Assembly: GCA_009859145.1 (NCBI GenBank)
Contig: VRVR01000040.1
Location: 120,460 to 184,459, forward strand
Direction: 5' to 3'
DNA: 64,000 nucleotides
From: Andalucia godoyi And28
Taxonomy: Eukaryota > Protista > Jakobida
The notes under the pieces were generated by a model, which saw only the letters and a program-made list of their open reading frames with translations, searched no databases and was not told the DNA's origin. This document shows, piece after piece, positions 62,644-64,000 of this stretch (position 1 is its first letter; each line of letters opens with the position of its first letter). The translations under genes were made by a program, and so were the position numbers.

Positions 62644-63923
62644 TTAATTGCCAGAACCTTGCGAGTCATGAGAACCCGAGCTCCGTCCAGCATGATGCAT
62701 CGACTCGACAAACTTCTGAGCAATCTTCGCCTGCTCCTCGAGCGTTGAGGTGGCCGGATTTGCTGCAGCGAGTACATCGTCACGCACAAGCTTGGTATTG
62801 AGCGTGATGGTTGCCTGAACAAATCCCCGTTCGTCACGAACGAGGCCAGAAGTTACGAAAACCCATTCAAAGCGTTCACGATGCTCGCCCACTGGCACCG
62901 AGACAACAGTCTGATAAACAAGTTTTGAGCAGTCAATTTCTGTTGCGAAATGCTGGCGCAGCATGGAGTCCAGATCAGCATCTCTGACAAAGTCCTGAGC
63001 TGTCCGATACTTGTCGGCAACTCCGAAGAGCGACATAAACAGCGGTTCATCGGTCGTCAGGAAACAGCCCCCCGGACAATCACCGTGGTGGCGCCGAATG
63101 GGCGAGCCTTCATTAAGTTCTCAAACCACACAGGGTCGCTTTCTACCTTCTGTCGAAGAACTTTGTACGACGGCGCTCTTAGCCACGGAGAAGAATACTG
63201 CTGAACAGCACCGCCGGACAGAGATGAAGGAGCCTGCGGAGAAAGCCTTGCAGAGAGTGACGACAAGGAGGAGGAGGATGACGACATCATACCGGCAATA
63301 TCACCAACGGGCGATGCAGAAGGTGACGAGGGATCCGATGCGGGAACCGCTGCATCTGCGCTGTCAACAAACTCCATAGCATTGAACTCTCTGATCGACT
63401 GAGCATATTTGTTCAGCACCTGGATCATTCGCATGACTGCGTCTTTTGCATCTTGGCGAAACTTGGCGTCCATTACTTGGGATACTGGAACCCCCGATAA
63501 CAGATTTTGCAGCTGCTGTTGCAGCTGCTGATCATGACCATCATCATCTCCCTTTCGGAGTTCTGATCGTCGCAGCTTTCCAGGAGGAAATTCGATTTCT
63601 TGCGAATCGGCTTCTGTTTTTGTGGGAGCCAATATCCGCTCACAGTTTGCATATTGTTGATGTTGCCGTTGCTGCTGCAGCTGCTGTTGTTGCAGCTGCT
63701 GCTGCGAAACCAGTTGGTCGATTGCTAACTGTGCAAACGAAGCCTCTGGCCATGCAGGAACGGGCATCGGCATTTGAAATTGCATCATATGCAACATTGG
63801 ATGCAATCCGAACGGCATGTTCAGCGTTCCACCCTCTCCGTTGACAGTATGATTCTTTGCTGACGACTGTTGATGAACACTCAACGGATGCCGATGCATC
63901 GCAATCATCGAAGCAGTATTCAT
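62644..63923 (-). CDS. Gln-rich protein with C-terminal PAS/PAC domain, split by a frameshift at a G6 run (ORFs 63057-63923 and 62644-63036)
   Basis: Shifting frame at GTCCGGGGGGCTG (63068-63073) joins WFENLMKARPFGATTVIVRG to GCFLTTDEPLFMSLFG...QDFVRDADL...EWVFVTSGLVRDERGFVQATITL, a continuous PAS/PAC-like pattern. Confidence 0.6.
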
Positions 63924-63946
63924 AGCAGCATTCGCAGTGAAGGAAA

Positions 63947-64000
63947 AGGAAGAAGAAGAAGAAGAAGAAGAAGAAGAGGAGGAGGAGGAGGAGGAGGAGG
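63947..64000. repeat. (GAA)n(GAG)n purine trinucleotide tract
   Basis: Read directly; runs to the window edge, upstream of the PAS gene. Confidence 0.9.

Noticed and set aside
63054-63062. TCC-TGA, the antizyme +1 frameshift signal, near a polyamine gene
   Set aside because: The +1 frame stops after three codons (GAC GAC CGA TGA); only the -1 frame is open, and there is no antizyme similarity.

Overview
This is a gene-dense, intron-poor eukaryotic nuclear sequence with the standard genetic code, about 38 protein genes and short AT-rich spacers. The gene content suggests a flagellated, aerobic, peroxisome-bearing protist. A nucleus-encoded, mitochondrial-type TilS in such a compact genome suggests a jakobid-like (Discoba) organism, but this is inference only. 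Recognisable genes include a kinesin, an ankyrin-repeat protein, RRP45, RPS21, a monothiol glutaredoxin, MRPL17, DEPDC5/IML1, COQ6, an HxxxDG acyltransferase, a GAF protein, trehalose-6-P phosphatase, AFG3-type m-AAA protease, Ub-RPS27A, RPS7, STMP1-like, RPL11, Aurora kinase, phospholipase B-like, PEX7, a Kelch protein, POMP/UMP1, a Yip1-like protein, FARS2, a CDK9-like kinase, TilS, PPP1R36-like, SAMDC and FANCL. Five observations stand out. (1) Two related non-autonomous elements (16560-17021 + and 48550-48940 -) carry the 3' end of a Fanzor/TnpB nuclease, the same frameshift in the RuvC-III motif, and a conserved structured right end, a putative omega-RNA. (2) A C/D-box snoRNA candidate with a 10-nt 18S rRNA guide sits in the RPS7 intron. 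(3) A PAS-domain gene is split by a frameshift at a G6 run. (4) A Pro-Pro-stop uORF lies just upstream of SAMDC. (5) Telo-box-like TAGGGTT motifs cluster in cytosolic ribosomal-protein promoters. I found no tRNA, rRNA or CRISPR array by eye.
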